A stretch of DNA of 64,000 nucleotides, from positions 24,110,111 to 24,174,110 of the forward strand of contig CM119267.1 of the NCBI GenBank assembly GCA_051294375.1, written 5' to 3'. The position numbers were made by a program, and so were the translations under genes. Below are positions 12,670 to 27,500 of the stretch, piece after piece. Each line of letters begins with the position of its first letter. The stretch's first letter is position 1. The notes under the pieces were generated by a model that did not search any database, was not told the DNA's origin, and saw nothing but the letters and a program-made list of their open reading frames with translations. This stretch comes from Paraspadella gotoi (taxonomy: Eukaryota > Animalia > Chaetognatha).

Positions 12670-15206
12670 GACTCAAATAGAGCTGTCGGCCTCCTCTTCC
12701 TTCTTCCTCCTTCCTCTCCGCATCCCCTTTTCCTCACTCCAGTCCATCGCCAACGCCTCTCGTGTAGTTGATGTTCTTGCGTCCTTTCCCCCGCCGAGGA
12801 TCCCCGCGGTTCCCGGATCGAGTTCCGGTTCCGGTTTCCGCCTGGCGATGCGTCTCGCGTTTTGAGTTCTCGGCTTTGTTTCCCTCCTCCTCCTCCTCCT
12901 CGTCCTCATCACCGTGCCCCAAGTCGGGTTTGAATCCCTGAGGGAAACGAATGTCATCCCCAGTTTGGCCAAAACGACTTTTTCGGTTGTCAATATTTTA
13001 ATCAGTAACAAATTATACCCCTTTCTATTCAAGAAAAGTAGCCTTCTTCTTTGTTTTAATTTGCCCTAACCTTCCATCTTTCTTTCTTTCCTTTCCTTCC
13101 TTTCCTTTCCTTTTCCTTTCCTTATCCTTTGCCTTCCTTTCTTTCCTTTCCTTTCCTTTCTTTCCTTGCTTTGCTTTCCTTTTTTCCTTTCCTTTCCTTT
13201 TCCTTTCCTTTCTTTACTTTTACTTTCCTTCCTTTCCTTTCCTTTCCTTCTTTCCTTCCTTTATTCCTTTTGCTTTTCTTTCCTCCTTTTTCCTTCTTTC
13301 CTTTCCTTTCCTTCCTTTCCTTTCCTTCCTTTCTTTCCTTTCCTTTCCTTTTCTTTCCTTCCTTTCCTTTCCTTTCCCTTCCCTTTCCTTTCCTTTCCCT
13401 TCCTTTCCCTTCCTTTCTTTCCTTTCCTATCCCAATTCTATTCCACAACTAAACCAACAGCTCCCCCACAGCTTCCCCTCTCTCCACAGCCCGACACACA
13501 ACTGTAGATGGCGATGGCGACAGCCGACGCACGATGATGAGGATGAAGAGGAGATCAAGGCGTAGATGATTGGTCGATGGTGGCGACGGGTTCCTCGGTC
13601 GACCCACGTCCACCCTCCACGAGGTCCCGTTTCACGTGCGACGGGGGTTTCCCGCCCTTTCGCGGCTTGGCCCAGTGACCCACGGAAAATGGACCCGGAA
13701 GTTGAGGGGGGGGGTCTTCGTCAGACTTTAAGTTTTCTTTCTTTACTTTTTTTTTCTTTTTTTATTTAATCTTAATTTTTTCTTCCCTTTTTTTCCTCCC
13801 TCCTTTCTCTCTTCCTCCCCCCGACGCTGTCACCCTCATAACTCAACGAAGGGAAAGCGGCAAACATTTTCCGCATCCATCGGGACGAGCGAAGCCCTTC
13901 CCGTACATGAGTCGACGGGGAAGTTGGAAGTCGGCGGGTTCTCCTTCAGCTTGATGTGGGCCATGGGGCAAGTCCGGTGTTCTGCCAGTAGGCGAAGTGC
14001 GTGAGGGTTCCCCTGAGTGGCCTTGTTATTATTGATCTGAAAGACGGAAAAAGATACGTAGTGAAGTGAATCAATATTAAAAATATATTAACATCATAAT
14101 AATTTATTAACAATTAAAGTCAAAAATTAAGTAAAATCATTAATAGCTTTTTCAATGATTCTGGCTTTTCTTTAAATAATTTAACAGGATAAAAGACGAA
14201 GGTTATCATTTTCATTTATGTATCACTGTTTTGTTTATGTATCAATTGTTTTGCATTTGTTTTCTTTGTTTCGTTGAACCTCCGTTTCGGATCCATCAGA
14301 GTCAATTTTATCTGTTTCGTCTGAGCCACGATGAATACATTGGCGACTTTGCATCGCAGGCATTCGCTTTGCTGAAAGTGCTAAGAAAAAAACAAAAATA
14401 TTGCAAAAGATGATCAGAGATGTATAAACTGCAATATTGACGTAAATTATAAAAAAAACCACAGATAGATATACAATTATACATGTATATAGAGCAACGA
14501 GCGGTATACCACCTCCTGTTTAATAGTAAATTTGCTTTCGTTCTTTAACTTTCCATTCATTGTGAAAACGACCATCATGCCGGGAGCTGCTTTTCATCAT
14601 CCGCGCCTAAAACAATTTGAAGAGTCATTTATACATATATATCAATGTTTAAAGAGATAAAAATATTAAAATATAAATATTTGAATGAAAACTACAGACG
14701 TCTTTCAGATTCTTTGGCCTGGCGCAAATCAAAATATCCCGTCGTCTTGTTTCTTGGAAAGTTGAGCTTGACGGGTTTTCGAATTCTAGTCTGTAAGGAG
14801 ACAAAATGCTAGCGGATCCAGATTAAATCGGCTTCATATTCATTTGTTAATGATTTATTGACAGGGTTTCTACACTCTTTTGCGACTTAAAGTTGTACAT
14901 TCAATCGAAAAGCATTTTATTAAAGCTAACTTGTAACCCATCAAGTAAACGTGCAACGGACAATTTGAATCAAAAACTCTGGCGCTTTTTTCTTCACTGC
15001 TCCCTGGGCGTCGTCGTATACGGCGAAGAGAGTCGCTCCGTCCTCTGTGAAGTTTTAATTGAAGAAGTGAATTCACCGATCGTGACTCGTCGCATTCACG
15101 ATCGCCGATGACCCTTTCTAACCCTCGTCGTTCGCCGTTCTTCTACTTCGGCCGGAATAAAGAATTTGGCTGTGAAGGAAAAATCCGTCGTACACTAACT
15201 TTTTAC
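12670..15206 (-). pseudogene. Duplicate 3' half of PXL3 (no 5' exons, frameshifted); probably an assembly duplicate
   Basis: Colinear with 18308-20518 with complementary indels. Confidence 0.6.
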
Positions 15207-15323
15207 CTACGAAAATGATATGTGGTAAAGTGATACTGATTTATGGTAAGAAATACATTTTTACAGTGAAGAGACAGAAATATATTATGAACAGATTCTC
15301 TTCCCAACGACCACATGCTTTTA

Positions 15324-17178
15324 CTTCTGTTTGATGAGGATAAATCCGTCGAAGGTTTTGTTGTGATTCATTCTCACGTGAGCGTAGCCTGTGAGATCGT
15401 TGGGTCGCTCCTCCTCTGTGAAGGTAAGGTGGGAGAAAAGCACGGTGAGTGATTGAACTTTCTCTCTCTTCATTTTTCTCTTCTTTTCTCTTCTCCTTCC
15501 TCCCGCATTATGTCTTTTTCTTCCGTTCCTCCCTCCCCAGCCCATCCTNNNNNNNNNNNNNNNNNNNNNNNNNGAGGAGAGAGAGAGGAGAGAGAGAGAG
15601 AGAGAGAGATGAGAGAAAGAGAGAGGAAGAGAGTAGAGAGAGAGAGAGCAGACGAGAGGAGAGACCGCGGAGTGGAGGCAGAGAGAGAGAGAGACGATGC
15701 AGAGAGAGAGAGAGCAGAGAGACACACACTCACTCCTGTCAGAAAAAAAGTGAAGATATATAGTGAGTTTCGTCTTTTTCTTCAATGGAATTTCGACACC
15801 GAAGTGAGCCTTGTGATCGTTGACTTCCTTCACGACTCTGAAAGAAAGTAGAAAAAAGACAGTTAAGACAACGAAAAAACAGACAGACATATGGACAAAC
15901 AGACAGTCCAACAGTTAAAAAGATAGAAACAACAGTTGTCGCCCATGAAGTAAAGGATGAAGAGCGCGACAAGAAGACTAAAACAAAGACAGAGACAGAC
16001 AGAGACAGATCACTTGTCGCCCATGAAGTGACTTTGAACGAGGGACTTCTGGTCCCCTTGAATCCAATTTCCGTCGTCATAGACAGAAAGATTGAAACAG
16101 GCGTCTCTGCGGAAATGGAGGGTGGTGTCTCTCTCTCTCTCTTTCTTTATTCATCTCTTTCTCTGTCTCTCTCTCTCTCACTTTTCTTTCCCTTTTTCAA
16201 CAACGTGATCTTCATATCTATCACGAATCCCGCGTATCGTTTTCCCGACGGCTTCGACCCTACGATCTCCGCGTGTCCGCCGCTGCCGTCGAAGGTAATC
16301 ACGCAATCGATGGGAGAAGCTAAAAGGTAAGGAGTGCGGGTGAGGAAGAGGGGGGGGAGTGAGACGCAGTGAGAAAAAAAGGGGTGAGGAAGAGAGGGTA
16401 TTATTAGTGAAAAAGTTGGGGCGGCAGCTACAATCTATCTCTCTCTCTCTCTCTCTCTCTATTATCTATCTCACCTTTCGGCTTTCTCTCTCCCTCCTCC
16501 CTATCTCACAACCCCCATTCTCTCTCCCTCTTCTTCCCCTCCCTCTCCCTCCCAAATTACGTGCATCAGTAGTGGTGGGTGGCTTCACTCTCGCCGCTTT
16601 TTTGTCTCCAACTTCCTCCGCCAACCGTTTTCGCTTCTCATCCTCTTCCTTCCGCTTCTCATGTTTCGAATTTCGCTTCTCATCATTGAATTTCTGCGCA
16701 TTTTCTTTCGACCTCTGCTCCTCTAGTTTCTGATTCTGCTCCTCTTCTCTCCATCGCTTCTCGATTGTCCGCTGCAATCGTCTCTCAGCCTCGATCTGAT
16801 CGCGTCTCTCGTCCTTCATCCTCCATCGTCGCTCCAATGGCTCGTCCGCCTGCGTCTCGATGCTTCGAGAATTTTTCTCCTCTGTTAACGACCGCTTCTC
16901 ACGACGAAGATTCGAGAAGCGGAAGGACGGGAGGTCGTCGAGATGTTGTCGTCGTTGTGTTTGGGAAAGAGGAACTTGTGGGAGGAAGAGGAAAAAGGAA
17001 GACAGAATATTAAAAAGAAGGGAAAAAGGGATTAAGAGGTGGAAAAAGGAAACTTAACAAAAGATAATATTGAATAAATAAGGGACGGACAGACGGACTT
17101 ACCTCCACCGACATTGGCAAAAGAGACGACGACGAAAATAACAACAACAACAACCAGCGAGAAGGAATTCCGATGCAT
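15324..17178 (-). pseudogene. Duplicate 5' half of PXL2, truncated at the duplication junction
   Basis: ATG at 17178 (MHRNSFSLVVVVVIFVVVSFANVGG|GTAAGT); coiled-coil exon; SPIDCVITFDGSGGHAEIVGSKPSGKRYAGFVIDMKITLL; ...IPLKKKTKLTIYLHF; ...KTFDGFILIKQK, then junction. Confidence 0.65.
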
Positions 17179-18307
17179 TATTTTCTTTCCATTCTTCTTT
17201 CTTAAACCGTAAACGAAGATTCAAAGGGTAAAACCAGATTTTTTCTCCTTTAAGATTCAGAATTAAAATGGAATCGAGTTTGAAGTTAATTGAAGCGAAC
17301 GAAGTCGGCTTCGTCATATTGATGACTGTTATCTTCCACGCGACAGTGATCACACAATGGCAATCATCAAAGAAAGACACTTGACATATTAAATCTTTTA
17401 AATTTAAATACATGATTAATTTTATTTGAAAGAGAAAAAACATAAAAAAATGAACAAAACTATAATAATTGGATATTTAAAAATTTAAAATAAAATGGAT
17501 AAAATAAAATAAAATATGTATATGAAATAATAATAATAATAATATCAAATAATTTTTCAATTTTTAACAACCGATAAGCATGAAAGTTTGATTTTCTCAC
17601 AATTTTTTTATATCACTAGTCGCTGACCGCAAAAAAAAAAAAAAAATCACAGTTCACTCACACTTTTCGTTTATTTTTTTTTTCCGCATTGACTCTGACT
17701 TTAATGCAAAACAATCGTGGACAATTAACTAAACTGAAATGTAAACAAACACAAAAATGTCTTCTCGGAAAAAATAAAGAGCGTCGATCCGTCGATTCTG
17801 AAAGTTAGGGTTAGAGATTAAGTTAGTGATTAGGTTAGAGATTAGGATAGAAATTTGATTAGAGATTAGGTTAGAGATAAGGTTAGAGATTAGGTTAGTG
17901 ATTAGGTTAGTGATTAGGTTAGAGATTAGGTTAGAGATAAGGTTAGAGATTAGGTTAGAGATTAGGTTAGAGATTAGATTAGAGATAAGGTTAGGGATTA
18001 GGTTAGAGATTAGGTTAAAGATTAGGTTAGAGATTAGGTTAGAGATTATGTTAGAGATTAGGTTAGGGATTAGGTTAGTGATTAAGTTCGAGATTAGGTT
18101 AGAGATTAGGTTAGAGATTATGGTTAAGGAAGTGGTTTTATGGATTAGGGTTTAGATTATTAGGGTGAGGAATGAAGATAAGATAATTTTGGGTTTGGGG
18201 CACAGATCAAGGTTAAATATTATGGTCACAGGAACAGAAATGGGGCGCTTGCGGAGAAGAGAGCCATTTTATCTTTCCCTTCCCCATCCTCCTCACCTTG
18301 ACTTGAC

Positions 18308-21300
18308 TCAATAGAGCTCGTCGTCCTCCTCTTCCTTCTCCTCCTCCTCTTCCCGCATCCCCTTTTCCTCCTCCATCCATGCCACGCCTCTCGTGTAGTT
18401 GATGTTCTTGCGTCCCTTTCCCCGGCCGAGGATCCCGCGGTTCCGGATCGAGTTCCGGTTCCGGTTCCGCCTGGCGATGCGTCTCGCGTTTTGGTTCTCG
18501 GCTTTTTCCTCCTCCTCCTCCTCCTCGTCCTCATCACCGCCCCCCAAGTCGGGTTTGAATCCCTTGAGGGAAACGAAATGTCATCCAGTTTGGGCCAAAA
18601 CGACTTTTCTTCGGTTGTCAATATTTTATCAGTACAAATTATCCCCTTTCTATTCAGAAAAGTAGCCTTCTTCTTTGTTTTAACTTTTGCCCTAACCTTC
18701 CATCTTTCTTTCCTTTCCTTTCCTTTCCTTTCCTTTCCTTTCCTTTCCTTTCCTATCCCAATCTATCCACACTAAACCCACAGCTCCCCCTCTCTCCACA
18801 CCCCCGCACACCTTGTAGATGGCGATGGCGACGCCGACGACGATGATGAGGATGAAGAGGATGATCAAGGCGTAGATGATTGGGTCGATGGTGGCGACGG
18901 GTTCCTCGGTCGGACCCACGTCCACCCTCCAACGAGTCCCGGTTTCACGTGCGACGGGTTTCCCGCCCTTTCCGCCGGCTTGGCCCAGTGACCACTGGAA
19001 AATGGGACCGGAAGTTGAGGGGGGGGGGTCTTCGTCAGACTTTAAGTCTTTCTTTCTTTCTTTTTTTTTCTTTCTTTATTTTATCTTAATTTTTTCTTCC
19101 CTTTTTTTCCTCCCTCCTTTCTCCTCTTCCTCCCCCCGACCTGTCACCTCATAACTCAACGAGGAAAGCGGCAACATTTTTCCGCATCCATCGGGGACGA
19201 CGACGCCCTTCCCGTACATGACGTCGACGGGAAGTTGGAAGTCGGGCGGGTTCTCCTTCAGCTTGGAGTGGGCCATGGGGCAGTCGGTGTTCTGCCAGTA
19301 GGCGAAGTGCGTGAGGGTTCCCCTGAGTGGCTTGTTATTGATCTGAAAGGACGGAAAGATACGTTAGTGAAGTGATCAAATATTAAAATATATTAACATC
19401 ATAATTAATTTATTAACATTAAAGTCAAAAATTAGTAAATCATTAAATAGCTTTTTCAATGATTCTGCTTTTTCTTTAAATAATTTAACGGGATAAAAGA
19501 CGAGGTTATCATTTTCATTTATGTATCACTGTTTTGTTTATGTTATCATTGTTTTGCATTTGTTTTCTTTGTTTCGTTGAACCTCCTTTTCGGATCCATC
19601 GAGGTCAATTTTCTTGTTTCGCTGAGCTCCGATGTAATACATTGGCGACTTTAGCATCGCAGGATTCCGCTTTTGCTGAAAGTGCAAGAAAAACAAAAAT
19701 ATTGCAAAAGATGATCAGAGATGTATAAACTGCAATATTTGACGTAAATTATAAAAAAAACCACAGAATAGATATACAATTATACATGTATATAGAGCAA
19801 CGAAGCGGTATAACCCACCTCCTGTTTAATAGTAAATTTGCTTTCGTTCTTTAACTTTCCATCATTGTGATAAACGACCATCATGCCGGGGAGCTGCTTT
19901 TCATCATCCGCGGCTAAAACAATTTGAAGAGTCAATTTATACATATATATCAATGTTTAAAGAGATAAAAATATTAAAATATAAATATTTGAATGAAAAC
20001 TACAGACGTCTTTCAGATTCTTTGGCCCTGGCGCAAATCAAAATATCCGTCGTCTTGTTTCTTGGAAAGTTGAGCTTGACGGGTTTTTCGAATTCTAGTC
20101 TGTAAGGAGACAAAACTGCTAGCGAGATCCAGATTAAATCGGCTTCATATTCATTTGTTAATGATTTATTACAGGGTTTCTACACTCTTTTGCGACTAAG
20201 TTGTACATTCAATCGAAAAGCATTTTAATTAAACTAACTTGTAACCCATCAAGTAAACGTGCAACGGATCAATTTGAATCAAAAACTCTGGCGCTTTTTT
20301 CTTCACTGCTCCCTGGGCGTCGTCGTATACGGCGAAGAGAGTCGCTCCGTCCTCTGTGAAGTTTTAATTGAAAGAAGTGAATTCACCGATCGTGACTCGT
20401 CGCATTCACCGATTCGCCGATGACCCTTTCTAACCCTCGTCGTTCGCCGGTTCTTCTACTTCGGCCGGAATAAAGAATTTGGCGTGAAGGAAAAATCCGT
20501 CGTACACTAACTTTTTACCTACGAAAATGATAGTTGGTAAAGTGATACTGATTTATGGTAAGAAATACATTTACAGTGAAGAGACAGAAATATACTTATG
20601 AACAGATTCTCTTCCCAACGACCAACATGCTTTTAGACCCGAAATGACGTTGTCTATCGATTCGTCAGATGAAGGGTTGTCGATTGGTGCCCATTTATTT
20701 TTTTTTTAAATACAGTACAGCCTGGATCAAAAGCGTCAAAGTGCCACGAGCGTGAAATATCTAAATTTTCAAGGCCTTTTATTATTTTATAAGGAATAAA
20801 TAATATGTAATATATATATTATATAATTTACTTTTCAATATTTTTACCTAAGAATATCTAACAATAAACATGAATATTTGTATTTTTATCGGTTCAAAAC
20901 ATATCCAACTATGTAGAAAAAGTCACTTCCGGTTTTACAGCGTCAAAAATGCTCTTGTTTTTCAGGTTTATCAAACTCAAAGAACATTAGCAGAATGATT
21001 ATCCTGTGGACGCAATAATAACAATAAAAGGCTCAGGTGCTAAGTCTATAACAATGGTATTTACAAGGTCAAAGGTTAACAATAGAAAGCGAAACGAAGA
21101 GAGAGAGTTTTAAGGTCAAGTTTGAGATTGCGTGTTGTTGTTCGTTCACAATCCACAATTCTTGGCTTAATTTTCAAATAAATTTTAGAAATCGCTTAAT
21201 TTAGTTGTTATTCCATAACTTATGGAATGCTCTTTCCGCACTGCTCTTGGTTGCGAGTTATGCGAGTTATGCGTCGGTCCGCTCCCCCAATCTTGTTGGT

Positions 21301-24300
21301 AGGTTACTTAAATCATGTTAGAACATCGATTTATGATAAATTATGCAAAATGAATTTTGTACGTCCGTCTGTCTGACACATGTCTGTCTGTCAGTCCATC
21401 CCCCCTTGCTCTTGAACGCAATTAATTATGATTGTATGGGGCGATTGACTTGAAATTTTGTATGTGGGTAGGGAAAATGTGTGATTAACTGGAAATCAAG
21501 TTTCGATGGAATTGTCCGAGTGGAAATGAGTTTAAATGGAAAAAACAAAAAAAACCTGTTTAATGAAAATGCAAGATGTATTAATTTATAAATAATATTA
21601 GTTATAATCAATTAGTCAATTAATCAATAATTAATTAATAATCAGTCAATTAATAAATTAATTATTCAATCGATAAATTTATTTCTCAATTAAATCCATT
21701 AACAATCAATCAATCTATCAGTCAATCAATCAATCAAGTAAGTCAATCAATTAATCGTTATCGGCGTTATTGTCGTCGTCGATGCTTTTGTCATGTCAGT
21801 GACAAAAAGACCCAAAAACAAACAAACAAACAAACGGACAATGGCGGATTAAATTAATTGATTAAATAATTACCGCTATTGATCGTGGGGGCAGATCCGG
21901 CATTGTTTGCTCACACTTGATTGACCTGGGGATGACCGGCTTGGAAGAGAGAGAGAGGAGGTAAGGAGAGAGAGGGAAGGGTTTAGAGAGAGAGACCGAT
22001 CGTAAGTGCACTCAAGATAAACAAATCAAAAAATGAAAAAAACCAAACAAATAGCTGACTTATGAAATTGGTACAACCAATATAAAAATTATCCATTCAT
22101 TTAATAATTAAGCTATCTTGCCCCTGACTTTGGACAGGCTTTGGTGGTTTAAGGCCTCCATCACTCTTACAAGATAATGACATAGCAGGTCCGGGCAAGC
22201 TTTCAATCCAGACTCTCTCACGGTCTTGTTTATCAGTGAAGTACTATAATATTTCAACGAATGTTTCAACTGTATGAAAAGACCACTCCATTAAGTATTA
22301 GATCATGGAAAATGCTTTTATACGCTTATATGTTTTTATTTGCCATTCAATATCAGTAAACACATAAATTCATGAAAGAGTTAAAAGCGCAAATGCGCTG
22401 AAAGTTGAGGGGCGCGTGTCCCTCATTGTCATGGACATTGAGAGAGTCTGTTGCATGCAGAGACCACACGTCCCCCCTCCACGCTTCACGTCTTGGCATA
22501 AAAAAAGAATTGATCACAGACTCGAAGCTACAGAATGATATCAACAAATTATGGACTTTGTGGAATCGACATTATCTCCGGTAATTCGGAAGGAGTATCG
22601 AATATCAACCTTTTCTATCAAATTTTTCATTTCGATGAATATATGTGTATTATAACAATGTTCTCTTATGTTGTAAACGGTAGCTGTGGCATGATTTTCG
22701 ACTTTTTAGAAATTTCATACATCCAGGTTTTTCCGCGGACAAGAGCGGACTTCATCAGAGATCCATAGGTTTATTTGAGTTATTTACCTTTTAGTCAAGG
22801 ATTTTCATTGTCACATGAATTTCATTTAAGTCCCGCGTGGCACAGAGCATCATTACCATGACAAGTCCTGATCTGTGAATGAAAGAAACAAGATGGCGGA
22901 AATTAAATGAGACTACGTGAGACAGATGTTCAGCAGTTCCAGCAGGATCAGCGACATATCATAAGGACAGGATCTCGGTGGATATGGGAGGAGCTGTAAA
23001 GTCCAGACGACCAAAACTCAGATGCTCTTTTTGTCTCCCAATTAAGAGAGATATTGACTTTGGTCTCACTGGCTATTTCTTGCGATCATTCGGGATTCGC
23101 CGTTTTCCACTTTTCAGACTAATAAACGTTTATACTATCTAAGAAAAAAGTTTATCACATAATTGTTAAAAATTTTATTTATTTAATATAAAATATAAGT
23201 AAAATATTCTTAATATTTGAGGTGCTTTCCTTTAGAATCGATTATTGCTGGCGTTCATCTGGGTATATTCTTGTACAACGAAATGTTTTTCCACACCTTT
23301 AACTCAATTCTTTTAAGCCCCTCTGTCGATGTTATGTCGATGCTTACACGCTTTCTTCTTTCCAAGAGTTCAAAAGGGTACTTTTATGAACCAAAAAAGG
23401 TGCAATGCCTAAAGCATTGTCAAATTAAAAAAAAAAACTTAATTCGAAATAAAAATATTAAATATTAAAAATAATAATAAATTAATATAATTTTTTTTAG
23501 TTCTTTTCATTTGAGATTAGCGATCTTTTTTTGCCTGTAACTTTTTAATGATTGAGCTACAAAACATAGATAAAAAGCTATTGAAAAAAATATTATTATA
23601 ATTTAAAAATTTTTGATTTTTTTTTAAAATCATATAGATGTTTTGAGTAGATATTCTCTACTAAAAATGTGATATACTTTTTTCCTAGATGGTCATCATC
23701 TGTGCTTTTTATATCATCAGTCCGTTGTTTCTTCTGTGATCATTTGTGTGCTGATACTTTTATTTATTATTAGTTAGCATTTATGCATGTCTGTATGAAT
23801 ATCTATATGCTTGATTATTTTATTAAGGTACTAATTAATATCAACAAGACGCCACTTTTGTTACCTTTCTGCCATAGTATCATTAGTTCCTAAACAACTT
23901 GCATTGCTATTTAGAAGTCTTTGGCAGTGTCATACACTCCAAATAGACGTTCAATCACTGCTTCCGATTTCAGTGGCTGGCATGGAAGCGGGGGAAAATT
24001 GTCAATAGTGTGCCACTGTCAAAATCAGCCGATCTATGGGTACTAAGTTGGATCGAGTAAGAAGTTAAGCTTTACCTCTCGTTATTTCGTTACCAGCCAT
24101 GGACTAAAATAAAAATATTAATTTATGTTTTTATCGCTTTGCGTTTGCGACGATCTTGTAACGCTTTTGCGCATAAGTCGTCTTCGTCGTTGTCGGCGTT
24201 CCAACTTATCGATTAAATTTTGGTGTATGAAGCTGAAAATTTATATACAGCTTCTCATCATTGAAATTGTGGTGAGGACAGTTATTAAATATGTTTTGTT

Positions 24301-24516
24301 TACATTTTATCAAACAAAACAAATTTCCTCTATTATTTTATGTCTCCTTCTCTCTCTCTTCCCCAGGCTGATTCATCGAAAAACGAGTCTTGCAGCTTCT
24401 TCTGCTGATTCAAAAACGATTCTCCTGCTGCTTCTGCTGCTGCCTTTTGATATCTTTCTTTTATGGCTGCCTCTGCTGCTGCCCTTCTGATTTGTCCGAA
24501 AACACTATTGGCTTCT

Positions 24517-24551
<35 letters not shown>

Positions 24552-27500
24552 TTTTATTATTAAAAAAAATTGAATTAGGATTGAACTTCGTAAAATTAGG
24601 CATCGCATTCATGCATGTTATCATTTTTTATTCTCACATCGGGTTTTATTTCGTTCTTTCTTCTCGTCACTTCTCTTTATTTTTATTTTCTTTTTCCTTT
24701 CCTTTCTATTCTTTCTTTCTTTTCTATTCTCTTTCTTTCCTTTTCTATTCTTCTTTCCTTTTCATTCTTTCTTTCTCTTATTCTTTCTTTCTTTCTATTC
24801 TTTTTCCTTTCTATGCTTTCTTTCTTTTCTATTCTTTCTTTCCTTTCTATTATTTCTTTCTTTTCTATTCTTTCCTTATATTTATTCTTTTCTTCTTTTT
24901 CTTTCTGTTTATAAATTAATTTTCTTTTCTTTAATTTGATTTTTTAGTATCAAAATTTGTCATCAATCCAGATTTTCTTATGCGATTGCGACGATTCCTT
25001 ATGCTTTTAAGATTTTTAAAATCATTACGCACATTAGGCATTTTTTCACCTTATCCAAATTACAATATGCAAATAAGATTAAGAAACTTAATTTTATTCA
25101 ATTTTTTTTATCTTTCGCTCCATCCCAAATGTTACNNNNNNNNNNNNNNNNNNNNNNNNNAGAGAGTGCTAGCGTAATTATAAAAAAAATTACTAGATCT
25201 GGCGACAGATAAGCCCAAAAATTTTCTATCTTTTATCGAGGGAAAAATCCGAAAAAAAATTTTTGCGTAATCGTTTTAAAAAAATAGCTAGGCAAATTTT
25301 CTGATAAAATTCTTTAACGGCGCGGTAAAATAAAAAACCGCCTGGCGAGACGGTCGTTACAATACGTAGGTTAATATTTAAAGAAAATTTAATTAAACTT
25401 AGAGCTAATATAAAGATTTTCAAAACGGGATAAAAATTAATTAGGTTAGTATTGTATTTCAAAATTTCAAAATTAAGCAAAAGGAAATCGTTGTACGCTA
25501 TAAAAGAATTAAACTTGAGCTTGATGAGTAATCAGGTGGACGAGCGAAATGTGGACGAAAGTGGGATGCGGCAACTGAGAATAAAATAGAAATTGCGAAA
25601 ATCGTTCATTTTTGAAGTTGAATACTTTGAAGAAAATTGCGCCAAAAAAGGAATATAAACTGATCGCGAAATAGGCGTGAACTGAGCGGATTTTATCGCT
25701 AATTAAACCGCATTTTACGATTGATAAATAAAATACGATCAATCACTAGATCAATCAAATCATAAATCATCAATCAGTTATAATGTAGTTCAGAAGGTTA
25801 CTTATCTTTTAGTCGGATCACCAATGTAGAAGACGAAAATATAATAATAAAAGTGAGAAGAAGTGAAGAATGTGACGATGTAAGAGAGTAGAAAAGAAGT
25901 GAGTCTAGCTCTCTCCTGATCCACTTATCATCCCCGGACCAACTTTACATTACGGCGCCTCGGCCTATTACTGTGTCCGGTCAATCTAAGGTCATTGCCA
26001 AGTTAGGGCAAGTTGACCGTGTGGAATAGACCGGCTCGAAGAAGAGGAGAGAGGAAGGTTTAGGGAAAGAGACCGAGTAAGTCCGCACTACAAGACAAAC
26101 GATGATGGTTTTGGTATCGAGCGCGACCTTGAACTTGAAGTTTAACTTGGGATTATAATGACGTGAGATTCAGAAATTCAGCGAGGCAATTGATAATTAA
26201 ATGGTCGCAAAATTCAGACACTTTCTATTTTTCACAAGAAAGGCCATAAAATCCTGTAAAACTGAAGTTGATTGAGCGCAAAATACAAATAAAAAAAGTC
26301 AGATCAACTCTCTAGATATTGTCCGAGCGAATAAAATCTTGCCCAAACATGAAAAATATAAACAAAAATTTAAAGAGGGGCAAAGCATATTAGAAAATAA
26401 ATTAATGAAAAACTTATAAAAAAATATGAAAAAAGAGAAGAAATTGAGATATAGAACTGAAATATTTAGCGAGAGTAAAAGACAGTCCTTGATACTAAAA
26501 ATGTTCTGCTCTGTCCTTCCATTGAGTTTAGAATTTGCAGAAAAGGGATAAAAAAATGCTTCTTATTCAAAAAGAGCGTAGTGAAAGTCATGTATAAAAA
26601 TTATAATTGTTAATTATGAACAACGTAGCACCATTGAACATTAATTTATAAAAAAACTAATTTTGTATTTTTCTAATTTTCGCATTAGGCAATATTTATA
26701 TATGGTATTATACTTAAAAAATCCTAAACTTTCAAAATGGACTTTTCTTAATTTTGATGGCAGATTTGAATTCTTCGTCAAAAGCTGATAAAAGAAAATA
26801 TAACTCATTTTAAAAAATTCTTTCATTAAGTAGGTTAAAAATTAATAAAACTATATTTAATATAGAAAAAATTAATTTTCAGTTTAAAATATAGGTTTTT
26901 CGAGTTTTTGACCCACTTAAATTTTTTTAAAGTTAAAAGTTATATTTATATTTAATAACTTTTTATGACGAATTCAAATCTGCAAAAAAATCTGATAAAA
27001 AACCATTTTGAAATTTTAATATTTATAAGGTTAGTACTATATATAAATATAGCCTAATGCGTAAATTGCAAAAAATATAATAATTTTTTTATACATTAAT
27101 ATACATTAGTACAACGTTGTTCATTCTTCGCTTAACTGGCCATTGTGCTCGACCCTGTGGGAAGTGTGAGGACGGCCATAAGCCCCCTTGTATATACCAT
27201 TGTATATCATTTGCTTTTTCAATAGTTTTTAAATCTAGTGTTAACTGTGACATACTAATTAGTAGTCGTCTAGCAACAGTAAAATAGACCATTAAAATTG
27301 TTATGGAGCCGTACTTAAATACCACTGTCGCAGCTTTTTGACCATTTCTACCTATTCTACCTTAAGAAGATCTCATTATTTGTCCTTGTTTTCAATATTA
27401 ATCTTGTATAAATATTAATTTATATCATGACTTCGGACCTTTCTACAGCAATCACAATATGCTGGAGAAAGTGTAATCCCGACTAAACCAGCTCTGAGCC

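Larger units (their letters stand above)
9376..20634. repeat. Tandem segmental duplication, 9376-15322 and 15326-20634 (likely haplotype/assembly artefact)
   Basis: Both copies start ttctgtttgatga and end acagattctcttcccaacgacc(a)acatgctttt; colinear, with many single-base indels and different microsatellite lengths; N gaps nearby. Confidence 0.9.

Noticed and set aside
8035-18170. Interstitial telomere or CRISPR-like arrays
   Set aside because: Degenerate 12-13-mer satellites with no unique spacers, no cas genes and no pure TTAGGG run.
24226-24500. Small plus-strand spliced gene (MKLKIYIQLLIIEIV|ADSSK...) or the minus-strand AAAEAA ORF
   Set aside because: Gives only ~28 aa when spliced; no recognisable motif or supporting exons.
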